From Gemmatimonadota bacterium (lineage in GTDB: Bacteria > Gemmatimonadota > Gemmatimonadetes > Palauibacterales > Palauibacteraceae): a DNA stretch of 64,000 bases. Below the pieces are notes generated by a model, which saw only the letters and a program-made list of their open reading frames with translations, ran no database searches and was not told where the DNA came from. The DNA lies in NCBI GenBank assembly GCA_046758745.1, contig JBHIAV010000011.1:1-64000 (forward strand). Reading direction: 5' to 3'. Shown one piece after another: positions 1 to 8,483 of the stretch; the first letter of the stretch is position 1; every line of letters starts with the position of its first letter. A program made the translations under genes and the position numbers.

Positions 1-510
1 TGCGCGGCCAACCCCTGTGCGGCCGCCCAGGCAACCATCGATCCTGCCAAGGTCATGCAGGGTGACCGTGAGCTGAGCTCGGGCGGGAACTCGCCGGCGC
101 AGCTCATCGCGCTGGGTCGTGACCTGTGGAACGACAAGTCTCTCAGCGGGCCCGGGACGACCGCATGCGCCACCTGCCACGTAAACTATCAGCTCATGAA
201 CGCCACCTTCGCCGAGCCGTACCCCCACACGGTGCAGATGGCGAAGGATCGAGCGGGCCTCGAGCAGGTGACCGCCGCCGAGATGGTCCAGCTGTGCATG
301 GTCATCCCGATGATGAACGAACCGCTCGACTGGGGGTCGGTCGAGCTGGCGGCGCTCAGCGCGTACGTGGAAGACATCCAGAAGGACTTCACGCCTCCCG
401 CAGCCGGTGCGGCGAATCCGTGTGCGGCGAATCCATGCGCGGCGAACCCGTGCGCCGCCAATCCGTGCGGGGCGAATCCGTGCGGGGCGAATCCCTGCGC
501 CGGCAGGTGA
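1..510 (+). CDS. c-type cytochrome (SoxA/TsdA-like monoheme domain) with N- and C-terminal NPC[AG]A repeats; 5' end lies outside window
   Basis: Frame 1 is open from base 1 (CAANPCAAAQATIDPAKVMQ...); CxxCH motif CATCH at 166-180; six NPC[AG][AG] repeats at 415-504. Confidence 0.8.
   Translation, partial: CAANPCAAAQATIDPAKVMQGDRELSSGGNSPAQLIALGRDLWNDKSLSGPGTTACATCHVNYQLMNATFAEPYPHTVQMAKDRAGLEQVTAAEMVQLCMVIPMMNEPLDWGSVELAALSAYVEDIQKDFTPPAAGAANPCAANPCAANPCAANPCGANPCGANPCAGR
415..504 (+). repeat. 6 x 15-bp coding repeat encoding NPCAA/NPCGA
   Basis: aatccgtgtgcggcg-type units with mostly synonymous variation. Confidence 0.95.
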
Positions 511-562
511 GGCGCTGAAGTAGCGCAGGGCACAGCTCGCCGCACAGCACAGGGGCGGAGGT

Positions 563-590
563 ACGGCCCGGTCCGGGAGGACCGGGCCGT
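563..590. terminator. Perfect 12-bp GC hairpin between convergent genes (likely terminator or stability element)
   Basis: ACGGCCCGGTCC-GGGA-GGACCGGGCCGT; no clear U-tract. Confidence 0.55.
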
Positions 591-725
591 GCTGCGTCGG
601 GGAGGCCTATCGAACCGAGCGATGGTCTGGCCCTCGGTCGGGCGAGGCGAGCGCCCCGAATGCCCTTCGTGCTCCAGGCCCAGCCAGACGGGACCGAACC
701 TCGACGACCGGCTCCAGCGTACGGG

Positions 726-1913
726 TCACGCGGACGAGTGAAGGCGGGCACTGTTCCCAAGCCTCGGCTCGACCAGCAGACGGGCAAGCAGGGCGGAGCG
801 CTCGACCAAGCTGTCCACCTCGACATGCTCCCGGTCGGCGTGCGCCCCATCTCCCACTGGCCCGAGGCCGTCCAGAGTGGGAGCGTATAGACTGGCGGTG
901 TTCCCGTCTGACCCGCCACCCGCCGTGGCCTCCTCCACCTCGAGGCCGAGCTCGGAGGCGGCTTCGCACGCCGCCTCCCACAGACGGCGGTTCCTCGGCG
1001 TCCTCTCGAGCGGCGGGCGATTGATGCCTCCCTCCACCATCAGGCGTGTGCCCGGCGTCCTGGCCCGCAGGTTGCGAATCGCCCTCTCCACCCGGCGCCC
1101 GTCCTCCATGCTGAGGATCCTCACATCCACCGTCGCCGTGCTCTCCGGTGCCACGACGTTTGGGCGGACACCGCCGTCGATCATCCCGACGTTCACGGTG
1201 ATCCCCCTGGCGGGATCGTTGAGCGCATAGAGCTCCTGGATCACGTGGGAGAGCTCGAGGATGGCGCTCGCGCCTTTTTCCGGCTCGAGCCCCGCGTGCG
1301 CGGCCTTTCCCATGATGCGCACCAGGAAGTGGCCTCCGCCCTTGCGCGCCGTCTTCAGCTTGCCGGAAGGGCCAAGCGCCGGCTCGAGGACGTAGACGCG
1401 GTCCGAGGCTCTGGCCAGCCGACGGATGTGCGGAGTGGACTCGGGGCTGCCGATCTCCTCATCGGAGTTGACGAAGACAACAGGGGAAACGGAAGGTTCG
1501 CAGCCGACCGATCGAAGCGCCTCGAGCGCGAAGACCATCACGACCAGGCCACCCTTCATGTCGAACACGCCGGGACCATACAGTCGGCCGCCGCGACAGA
1601 CCACCGGCATGCGATCCAGGGTCCCGACCGGCCACACGGTGTCGCAGTGGCCGAGAAGGAGTTGGAGCGGCTCGCCTGGCTTTCGCTCCTCCGGCACGGC
1701 GAGCAGCGACCCTCCGGTCGACCGACCGCGCACGCGCCGCACACGGAAGCCCATCCGCCGGAACTCCTGCTGCAGGATCGACTGCACTCGCAGCTGCGCG
1801 GCCGGGTCCTTGGACGGGGACTCCAGGACCGCCAGGCGCTCGAGCAGGCCGACCATCGCATGTCGACGGCCGCGGAGATGGTCGAGCAGACGGCTTGCCG
1901 TACGCGAACGCAT
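726..1913 (-). CDS. M20 family metallopeptidase (glutamate carboxypeptidase-like)
   Basis: GHCDTV, GPGVFDMKGG, SDEEIGS, GGGSDGN, GAHADREH motifs; start moved to ATG at 1913. Confidence 0.9.
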   Translation of the reverse strand: MRSRTASRLLDHLRGRRHAMVGLLERLAVLESPSKDPAAQLRVQSILQQEFRRMGFRVRRVRGRSTGGSLLAVPEERKPGEPLQLLLGHCDTVWPVGTLDRMPVVCRGGRLYGPGVFDMKGGLVVMVFALEALRSVGCEPSVSPVVFVNSDEEIGSPESTPHIRRLARASDRVYVLEPALGPSGKLKTARKGGGHFLVRIMGKAAHAGLEPEKGASAILELSHVIQELYALNDPARGITVNVGMIDGGVRPNVVAPESTATVDVRILSMEDGRRVERAIRNLRARTPGTRLMVEGGINRPPLERTPRNRRLWEAACEAASELGLEVEEATAGGGSDGNTASLYAPTLDGLGPVGDGAHADREHVEVDSLVERSALLARLLVEPRLGNSARLHSSA

Positions 1914-1924
1914 CTCCGATCTCT

Positions 1925-2533
1925 CTAGATCCGGATCCCGGCCGGTAGGGGGAAGGCGAAGCTTCGATCGATGCAGGCGTAACGGCCCGGAGGCAGGTAG
2001 GCGAGGAGGGGACATCGGGTAAGGAGGTCCTGGGGATCCTCGTCCTCCAGCCGCAGCGCCTCTTCCGGCACGTGGGCGGCGACGATCCGCCCCGCGATCA
2101 GGCCGCTCGAGCCGAAGCCGTCGATCACCCGGTGGAGCTCGCACTCGAGACGCACATAGGCGTCTTCGAGGAATACGCCATCCACCGCGGTGGCGGATAC
2201 GGTCGGCAGCGCGAGGAGGGTGGGCTTGGTCTCGTCGTCGCACCGGGGCGTCGCCATCAGGGACGCCAGCACCACCTGATCCGGTCGTGGGAAGCTCACG
2301 GTGAAGGCCCGCTCCCGCTCCGCGTTGCGATACGTCGCGTGTCGTGGGGTGCATACGAAGCCGAAGTAGTTCTCCCAACCGAGCGGTGTGACCAGGTGCT
2401 TCGGGGCCAGATCGTAGCCGCCGCCGGGTTCCCGCGTCCCGATCACAGCGAGCGGCGAGATCAGGAAGAAGCGGTCCCAGATCGGGAGATCGAGATCCAG
2501 AGAAACGATTCGCTCGCTTGCCGGCTTGCCCAT
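1925..2533 (-). CDS. Flavin reductase-like (DIM6/NTAB family) protein
   Basis: SPLAVIGTRE..DLAPKH, HATYRNAERERAFTVSFP, LECELHRVIDGFG pattern. Confidence 0.75.
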   Translation of the reverse strand: MGKPASERIVSLDLDLPIWDRFFLISPLAVIGTREPGGGYDLAPKHLVTPLGWENYFGFVCTPRHATYRNAERERAFTVSFPRPDQVVLASLMATPRCDDETKPTLLALPTVSATAVDGVFLEDAYVRLECELHRVIDGFGSSGLIAGRIVAAHVPEEALRLEDEDPQDLLTRCPLLAYLPPGRYACIDRSFAFPLPAGIRI

Positions 2534-2654
2534 CGGATCGGATCCTCGTGCTTTGCCACGTGATGGACGGGAACGCATCCGGCGCCCGGCCAGAGCCAGA
2601 ATATATCAGGCGTGGCAATAGGGAAGGTGGCAACAGGGAAGACGGACCGAGCAG

Positions 2655-3584
2655 CTACCGCGCCACCAGGCTGCGCACGACGAACCACACGTTCGCCGGC
2701 CGCTCGGCCAGCCGCCGCATGTACCACGGGAACCACCCGTCCCCGTAGCTGATCAGCACCCGCATCGGGAACCCCTCCGCTGCCAGCCGCATCTGCTCTT
2801 CGCGCCGGATGCCGTACAGCATCTGGAACTCGAACGCGTCGGATCGGATGCCCATCCCCTCGGCTGTGCGGCGAATCTCGTGGATCATGCGTCCGTCGTG
2901 CGTGGCGAATGCCGGACGGATCCCCTGCTCCCGGCACGCCTCGAGCAGCAGCTCGGCGAGGCGCACGTAGTTGCGGTCTACCTCGCGCTTGCGCCGTATC
3001 GCAATGTTGGATGGCTCCTGGTACGCTCCCTTCACCAGCCGGATCGCTGGCTCGAGAGGAAGGAGGCTCCGCAGGTCGCCCTCCGTGCGATGCAGGTACG
3101 CCTGTAGACAGACACCTACCCCAACCTGGGCCGACCGTACCATGCGGTAGATGTCGAGGGTCACGTCGGTATGCTCGCTCCCCTCCATGTCGATCCACAG
3201 GAAGCTCCCGAGCTCGGCGGCGCGCTCGGCCAGGCTGTGCACGCTGCTCTCGGCGAGCCGGCGATCCACGTCAAGCCCGAGGTGTGTCAGCTTAACGGAG
3301 ATGTGCCCCCCGGAGTTCGATGCCGCGAGTCCGGAGAGGGCCTCGTGATAGTGGGCCTGGATGCGCTCCGCCTCGGCCGTGTCAGTCACATTCTCTCCGA
3401 GGAGGGTGAGGACGGTCGATAGACCGGCTGCTCTCAGCTCCGCGGCTGCGGCGAGGGCATCCTCGAGCCGCTCCCCGGGCATGAAGCGGCGGACCGCCCG
3501 ACGGGTGAAACCGCGCCGGCCGAGGCGCTCGGCCAGCCAAGCGCTGCGCGAGGCCTTCAGGAAGACGTGTCGAAGGATCGCCAT
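2655..3584 (-). CDS. Monofunctional proline dehydrogenase
   Basis: SVKLTHLGL, WIDME, CLQAYLHRT, IRLVKGAY, FATHD, FQMLYGIR, YMRRLAERPAN. Confidence 0.92.
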   Translation of the reverse strand: MAILRHVFLKASRSAWLAERLGRRGFTRRAVRRFMPGERLEDALAAAAELRAAGLSTVLTLLGENVTDTAEAERIQAHYHEALSGLAASNSGGHISVKLTHLGLDVDRRLAESSVHSLAERAAELGSFLWIDMEGSEHTDVTLDIYRMVRSAQVGVGVCLQAYLHRTEGDLRSLLPLEPAIRLVKGAYQEPSNIAIRRKREVDRNYVRLAELLLEACREQGIRPAFATHDGRMIHEIRRTAEGMGIRSDAFEFQMLYGIRREEQMRLAAEGFPMRVLISYGDGWFPWYMRRLAERPANVWFVVRSLVAR

Positions 3585-3661
3585 GGCCCGACTATACGGC
3601 ACACGATCGGCCCCGGCGAGGCGAGTGTTCCGCACCCGGCTGCTCGGGATAAGTTGTTGCC

Positions 3662-4750
3662 ATGTCCACCCTCTTCTTCACCGGCTTCCCCGGCCTTCTC
3701 GGCTCGGAGCTCCTTCCCCGCATCCTCGCGCGAGCCCGGGACGCCACCGCCGTCTGTCTGGTGCAATCGCAGTACGTGGGGGTGGCGCGCCGGCGCGCCG
3801 AGGAGCTCGCCCTGGCGGAGCGGTCTCTGCGCGGCCGAATCCGTCTGATCGAAGGTGACATCGCCAGGCCGGACCTCGGGCTCGGTGACGCGGGCGACAT
3901 CGGGTCGGAGATGGACGAGATCTATCATCTCGCCGCGGCATACGACCTGAGCCTGTCGCTCGAGCTCGGTCAGCGGGTGAACGTGGAGGGAACCCGCAAC
4001 GTGCTCGACTTCGCGGCCCGCTGCGGGGCCCTCGAGCGCTTCCACCACATGAGCACCTGCTACGTGAGCGGTCGCTACGCCGGCATCTTTACCGAGGAGG
4101 ATCTCGACAAGGGACAGTCCTTCAACAACTTCTATGAGCAGACGAAGTTCCTCGCCGAGGTCGAGGTGCGGGAGCGAATGGAGCAGGGGCTGCCGGCCAC
4201 GATCTACCGACCGGCGATCGTGGTCGGAGACAGCCGGACGGGCGAGACGCAGCGGTACAACGGGCCGTATTTCGTGATGCGGTGGCTGCTGCGCCAGCCC
4301 AGGATCGCCGTCATGCCGGTCGTCGGCGATGCGACGCGCACGCGACTGAACGTCGTGCCGCGGGACTTCGTCGTCGAGGCGCTGGCCCACCTGAGCCGCA
4401 TCCCGCAGTCGCGCGGCAAGGTGTATCACCTGGCCGACCCGGAGCCGCTGACGGTCGATGAAACTCTGAAGGAGCTGGCGCGGGCGACGGGACGGCGCCT
4501 CGTTCGCCTTCCGCTTCCCCTGCGATTGGCGAAGGGCGCGATAGACCATGTGCCGGGGGTGTACCGGCTCATGGGCATTCCGTCCGCCGCGCTCGACTAC
4601 GGCGTCCATCCGACCTACTACGCAACGACGAACGCTCAGGCGGATCTCGAGGCGAGCGGGATCCGTGTGCCGCCCCTTCCTTCCTATGTGGACCGCCTGG
4701 TGGACTTCGTGCGCAGGCATCCCGAGATCGGCTCGCAGCCGATGCTGTGA
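3662..4750 (+). CDS. Extended SDR / thioester-reductase-like NAD(P)-dependent oxidoreductase
   Basis: TGFPGLLG Rossmann motif, HLAAAYD, NVEGT, STCYVSG, YEQTK (YxxxK), YRPAIVVG. Confidence 0.85.
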   Translation: MSTLFFTGFPGLLGSELLPRILARARDATAVCLVQSQYVGVARRRAEELALAERSLRGRIRLIEGDIARPDLGLGDAGDIGSEMDEIYHLAAAYDLSLSLELGQRVNVEGTRNVLDFAARCGALERFHHMSTCYVSGRYAGIFTEEDLDKGQSFNNFYEQTKFLAEVEVRERMEQGLPATIYRPAIVVGDSRTGETQRYNGPYFVMRWLLRQPRIAVMPVVGDATRTRLNVVPRDFVVEALAHLSRIPQSRGKVYHLADPEPLTVDETLKELARATGRRLVRLPLPLRLAKGAIDHVPGVYRLMGIPSAALDYGVHPTYYATTNAQADLEASGIRVPPLPSYVDRLVDFVRRHPEIGSQPML

Positions 4751-4763
4751 GAGGGAGGTTCGA

Positions 4764-5585
4764 ATGCGCATAGCGCTGATCCAGCAGCACGCCGGCCCTG
4801 AGCGCGGGGAGAATCTCGAGCGGGCCCTCTCGGCGATGGGGCGGGCGGCGGAGGTGGGGGCCTCGCTGGCGATCTTCCCCGAGCTTGCGATCGACCGCTT
4901 CTATCCGCAGTACGAGCGATGCGAGGAGGCGAACGCGCACGCCGAGCCGATCCCGGGGCCGACTACACAGCGCGTCTCGGCCCGGGCGCGCGAGCTGTCC
5001 CTCGTCACCGTCTTCAACCTGTACGAAGTGGATGGCCGGGGACGGTGCTTCGATGCATCCCCCGTCTTCGACGCCGACGGGACGCTGCTCGGCGTCACGC
5101 GCATGATTCACATCACGGACTTCGCGGGCTTCCATGAGCAGGCCTACTACCATCCCGGAGACCGAGGGGCGCCGGTGTACGAGACCCGGGCCGGGCGCAT
5201 CGGCGTCGCCATCTGCTACGACCGCCACTACCCGGAGTACATGCGGGCACTCGGCGTCGTGGGCGCCGAGCTCGTGGCGATTCCCCAGGCCGGCACGGTC
5301 GGGGAATGGCCCGAGGGGCTGTACGAGGCGGAGGTGCGAACGGCCGCCTTCCAGAACGGGTACTACGCGGCCCTCTGCAACCGCGTGGGAAGCGAAGGAC
5401 GGCTCACGTTCGCGGGAGAATCCTTCGTCGTCGACCCGGAGGGCCAGGTGATAGCGCGCGGCGGACAAGGGAAGGACGAGATCGTGCTGGCGGACGTGGA
5501 CCTGGGGCGCTGTGTCGAGTCGACCGCTCGGCGGCTCTTCTGGCGGGACCGTCGTCCCGAGCTCTACGCGACCTGGCTCCAATAG
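4764..5585 (+). CDS. Carbon-nitrogen hydrolase (nitrilase superfamily, N-carbamoylputrescine amidase-like)
   Basis: FPEL, ICYDRHYPE, NRVGSE..FAGESFVVDPEG, DRRPELY; RBS GGAGG before ATG 4764. Confidence 0.88.
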   Translation: MRIALIQQHAGPERGENLERALSAMGRAAEVGASLAIFPELAIDRFYPQYERCEEANAHAEPIPGPTTQRVSARARELSLVTVFNLYEVDGRGRCFDASPVFDADGTLLGVTRMIHITDFAGFHEQAYYHPGDRGAPVYETRAGRIGVAICYDRHYPEYMRALGVVGAELVAIPQAGTVGEWPEGLYEAEVRTAAFQNGYYAALCNRVGSEGRLTFAGESFVVDPEGQVIARGGQGKDEIVLADVDLGRCVESTARRLFWRDRRPELYATWLQ

Positions 5586-5617
5586 GAGAGAGTCGGGTCA
5601 CGCTCGAGCGGGCGTCG

Positions 5618-6547
5618 TCAGCGCCAGGCGGCAGTGCGGGCTCCCTCGCCGGTGAGCTGTCTCACTCCGCTTCCGTCGGCGTTCATGACGAACAGCTGGC
5701 TCCCGGTCGCGCCACGCGTGCTGGTGAAGACCAGCTGCGTTCCGTCCGGCGACCAGGCGGGACCGGTGTCACGGGCCAGGTCATCCGTCAGGTTCAGCAG
5801 AGTGGCCCCGCCGATGTCCATCACCCAGATGTCCCACACGGCAAGTCCACTGGGAGACCCGCGCAGACCGGCATACGCGATCTGGGTCCCGTCTGGCGAC
5901 CAGGCGGGCCACATCTTGTCTCCGCCACCGACGGTGACTTGGTGTGCATCGGTACCGCTGGCCCTCATGACGAAGATCTCCACGTTGCGGAAGGGGAGGG
6001 CGCTCTCGAACGCGATCTGGGTCCCGTCCGGCGCCCACACCGGATGACGCTCGGCCTCCGGCCTGTCGGTGAGGCGGAGCAGTCCGGTGCCGTCGGAGTT
6101 CATCACGAAGATGTCGAGGCTCCCTTCGCGGCTGCTGGCGAACGCGATCCTGTCTCCGTCGGGCGACCATGCCGGCTGGACATCCGGGGCGAGATGGGCA
6201 GTGAGCTTGACGATGTCCGGACCCTCGGCGTCGATCACGAAGATGTCGAAGTTTCCATCTCGCTCCGAATCGAAAACGATCCGCCTGCCGTCCGGCGAGA
6301 AGTCCGGGAACTCGTCGATCGCCAGGTTCTGGGTCAGACGGCGCGTGTTCGAGCCGTCGGAGTCCATGATGTAGATCTCGGTGTTCCCATCACGCTCGGA
6401 CTCGAAGACGATCCGGCTCGGCGTCGGAGGCGGCCCGGGACCGTCAGGCGCAACGAGTCCGTCGTCGCCGCACGCGGAGAGGACCGGAATCACGCCGGCC
6501 AGCGCGAGGGCTCCCATAGACGGGAACCGGCATCGCGGACGAGGCAT
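5618..6547 (-). CDS. TolB-like PD40 beta-propeller lipoprotein
   Basis: Lipobox LSAC; repeated P[AV]WSPDG..IAF.S units. Confidence 0.85.
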   Translation of the reverse strand: MPRPRCRFPSMGALALAGVIPVLSACGDDGLVAPDGPGPPPTPSRIVFESERDGNTEIYIMDSDGSNTRRLTQNLAIDEFPDFSPDGRRIVFDSERDGNFDIFVIDAEGPDIVKLTAHLAPDVQPAWSPDGDRIAFASSREGSLDIFVMNSDGTGLLRLTDRPEAERHPVWAPDGTQIAFESALPFRNVEIFVMRASGTDAHQVTVGGGDKMWPAWSPDGTQIAYAGLRGSPSGLAVWDIWVMDIGGATLLNLTDDLARDTGPAWSPDGTQLVFTSTRGATGSQLFVMNADGSGVRQLTGEGARTAAWR

Positions 6548-6636
6548 GCAGGCAGTCTCCTATCCTGGGGGGATAACCCAGATACCCGCCGGCGGGCGTT
6601 TGTTTCCCTCCCCGAGAATGGTGGGGGCACGACGGA

Positions 6637-8196
6637 CTAGGCCGGCAAATACCCCTTGGCCAGCTCCTCGTACTCGGCCACCTGGGCGGCGGCCCAGCCT
6701 TCCTCGCGTCCCAGCTCGCTCCCCATGAGACGTGCCACCTCGGGCGCGGCCTCCCGGCTGGCGCGCGCATCGAGGAGGAGCGCCCTCGTTCGCCTAGCGA
6801 GCACATCCTCGACCGTTCGTGCCATCTCGCTTCGCACCGCCCACACCACCTCGCACCTCCGGTAGGGGAGGGAAGGGTGGAGCGGCTCGGCCAGCTCCGG
6901 CCGCCCGCGGGTCAGCTCCTTCACCGCCGCTGCGTCGGTACCGTACGATGCGAAGGGCCCCGCGGCGTCGATCTCCTCGGCCCAGCCGTGCAGGTGCAGG
7001 CTCTCCGTGCGTGACGGACGATCCTCGAGGCCGGCCACGTGGATCGCCTCCCGCACCGTGTCCTCCCCCATCTTTCGGTACGTCGTCCACTTCCCGCCGG
7101 TGATCGTCACGAGTCCGGAGGTCGAGATGAGCAGGGTGTGGTCGCGCGAGAGCGAAGCCGTGTCGCCCCCATCGCCCGCGCTGACCAGCGGCCTCAGGCC
7201 GGCGAAGGCGCTGAGCACGTCCTCCGGGGCCGGATCCTTCGTGAGGTAGCGGGCGGCGTGCGTGAGGAGGAACTCGATCTCCTCGCCCAGTGGGCGGGGT
7301 TCGAGCGAGACCTCCTTCATCGGCGTGTCCGTCGTGCCGACCACGACCCGCTCGTGCCACGGGACGGCGAAAAGGACACGCCCGTCATCGGTGTGGGGGA
7401 CCATGATCGCGCTGTCGCCGGGCTGGAAGCTCCGGTCGAGGACGAGGTGTATGCCCTGGCTCGGCGAGAGGATCGGCGCCGCGTCCGGCTCGTCCATCCT
7501 CCGCATCGCGTCCGCGAAGACGCCGGTGGCGTTGATCACCACCCGCGCGCTCAGCTCGTGTTCGCGTCCCGTCTCCTCGTCGCGCGCCACCACGCCACGC
7601 ACGATGCCACCCCGCTTCACCAGCGAGACCACCCGCATGTAGTTGAGCGGCACCCCCCCGAGATCGGCCAGCGTGAGGGCCAGCGCCATGGCGAGTCGCG
7701 CGTCGTCGAACTGCCCGTCGTAGTAGATCACCCCGCCGCGCAGGCCGCCGGGCTCGAGCGTCGGAATATGCTCCAGCGTCTCCTCGCGTGAGAGCAGCCG
7801 GGACGGGCCGAGCCCGAGGTGCCCGGCCAGCTTGTCGTACAGCTTCAGGCCGATCCCGTAGAAGGGGCCTTCCCACCAGTCGTAGGTAGGGACGATGAAG
7901 GAGAGGTTGCTCACCAGGTGCGGCGCGTTGCGAATGAGCAGCCCTCGCTCCCGCAGCGCCTCGAGAACAAGCGCGAGGTTCCCCTGGCGCAGGTAGCGGA
8001 CGCCGCCGTGAACGAGCTTGGTGCTCCGACTGGAGGTTCCCTTGGCGAAGTCACTCTGTTCGAGGAGGAGGGCGCGGTAGCCTCGCGACGCGGCCTCGAC
8101 CGCCGTACCGAGACCCGTGGCTCCGCCGCCGACGATGATGAAGTCCCACACGGCCCCGGGCTCCGCGGCGGTGGCGAGGAGCTCCTCTCGGTTCAC
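6637..8196 (-). CDS. glpD: FAD-dependent glycerol-3-phosphate dehydrogenase
   Basis: IVGGGATG, DFAKGTSSRSTKLVHGGVRYL, YYDGQFDDARL, GGKWTTYRKM; GTG start inferred. Confidence 0.93.
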   Translation of the reverse strand: MNREELLATAAEPGAVWDFIIVGGGATGLGTAVEAASRGYRALLLEQSDFAKGTSSRSTKLVHGGVRYLRQGNLALVLEALRERGLLIRNAPHLVSNLSFIVPTYDWWEGPFYGIGLKLYDKLAGHLGLGPSRLLSREETLEHIPTLEPGGLRGGVIYYDGQFDDARLAMALALTLADLGGVPLNYMRVVSLVKRGGIVRGVVARDEETGREHELSARVVINATGVFADAMRRMDEPDAAPILSPSQGIHLVLDRSFQPGDSAIMVPHTDDGRVLFAVPWHERVVVGTTDTPMKEVSLEPRPLGEEIEFLLTHAARYLTKDPAPEDVLSAFAGLRPLVSAGDGGDTASLSRDHTLLISTSGLVTITGGKWTTYRKMGEDTVREAIHVAGLEDRPSRTESLHLHGWAEEIDAAGPFASYGTDAAAVKELTRGRPELAEPLHPSLPYRRCEVVWAVRSEMARTVEDVLARRTRALLLDARASREAAPEVARLMGSELGREEGWAAAQVAEYEELAKGYLPA

Positions 8197-8483
8197 GGAT
8201 TCCCGCTCCGAGTTCCAAGGGGCGAACACGGCGGATGTATGACGTTCGCCACGCTTCCTACCCGCGGTAGATGACCGCCGCTCGTGTGGGGACCTCTCGT
8301 GGGTCCCCCACGCCTCGCGGCCGCCCGTCGCCGTCTCGGCCGCGGCCACGGACCGGTCGCACGATGGGAGTCGAGGCATCCTCCGTGCAACGGGGGAGCT
8401 TCTGGCTCCCCCCGAGAGGGGCGCGTACCTTGTGCCGCGCCCGGCCGGGCGAGTCAGCCAAGAGCCGCTGCGCGTCGAGGGGG

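Noticed and set aside
8197-8483. HutC operator in the glpD/hutH divergent gap
   Set aside because: Only a partial TGTATGAC half-site; no palindrome and no hutC gene
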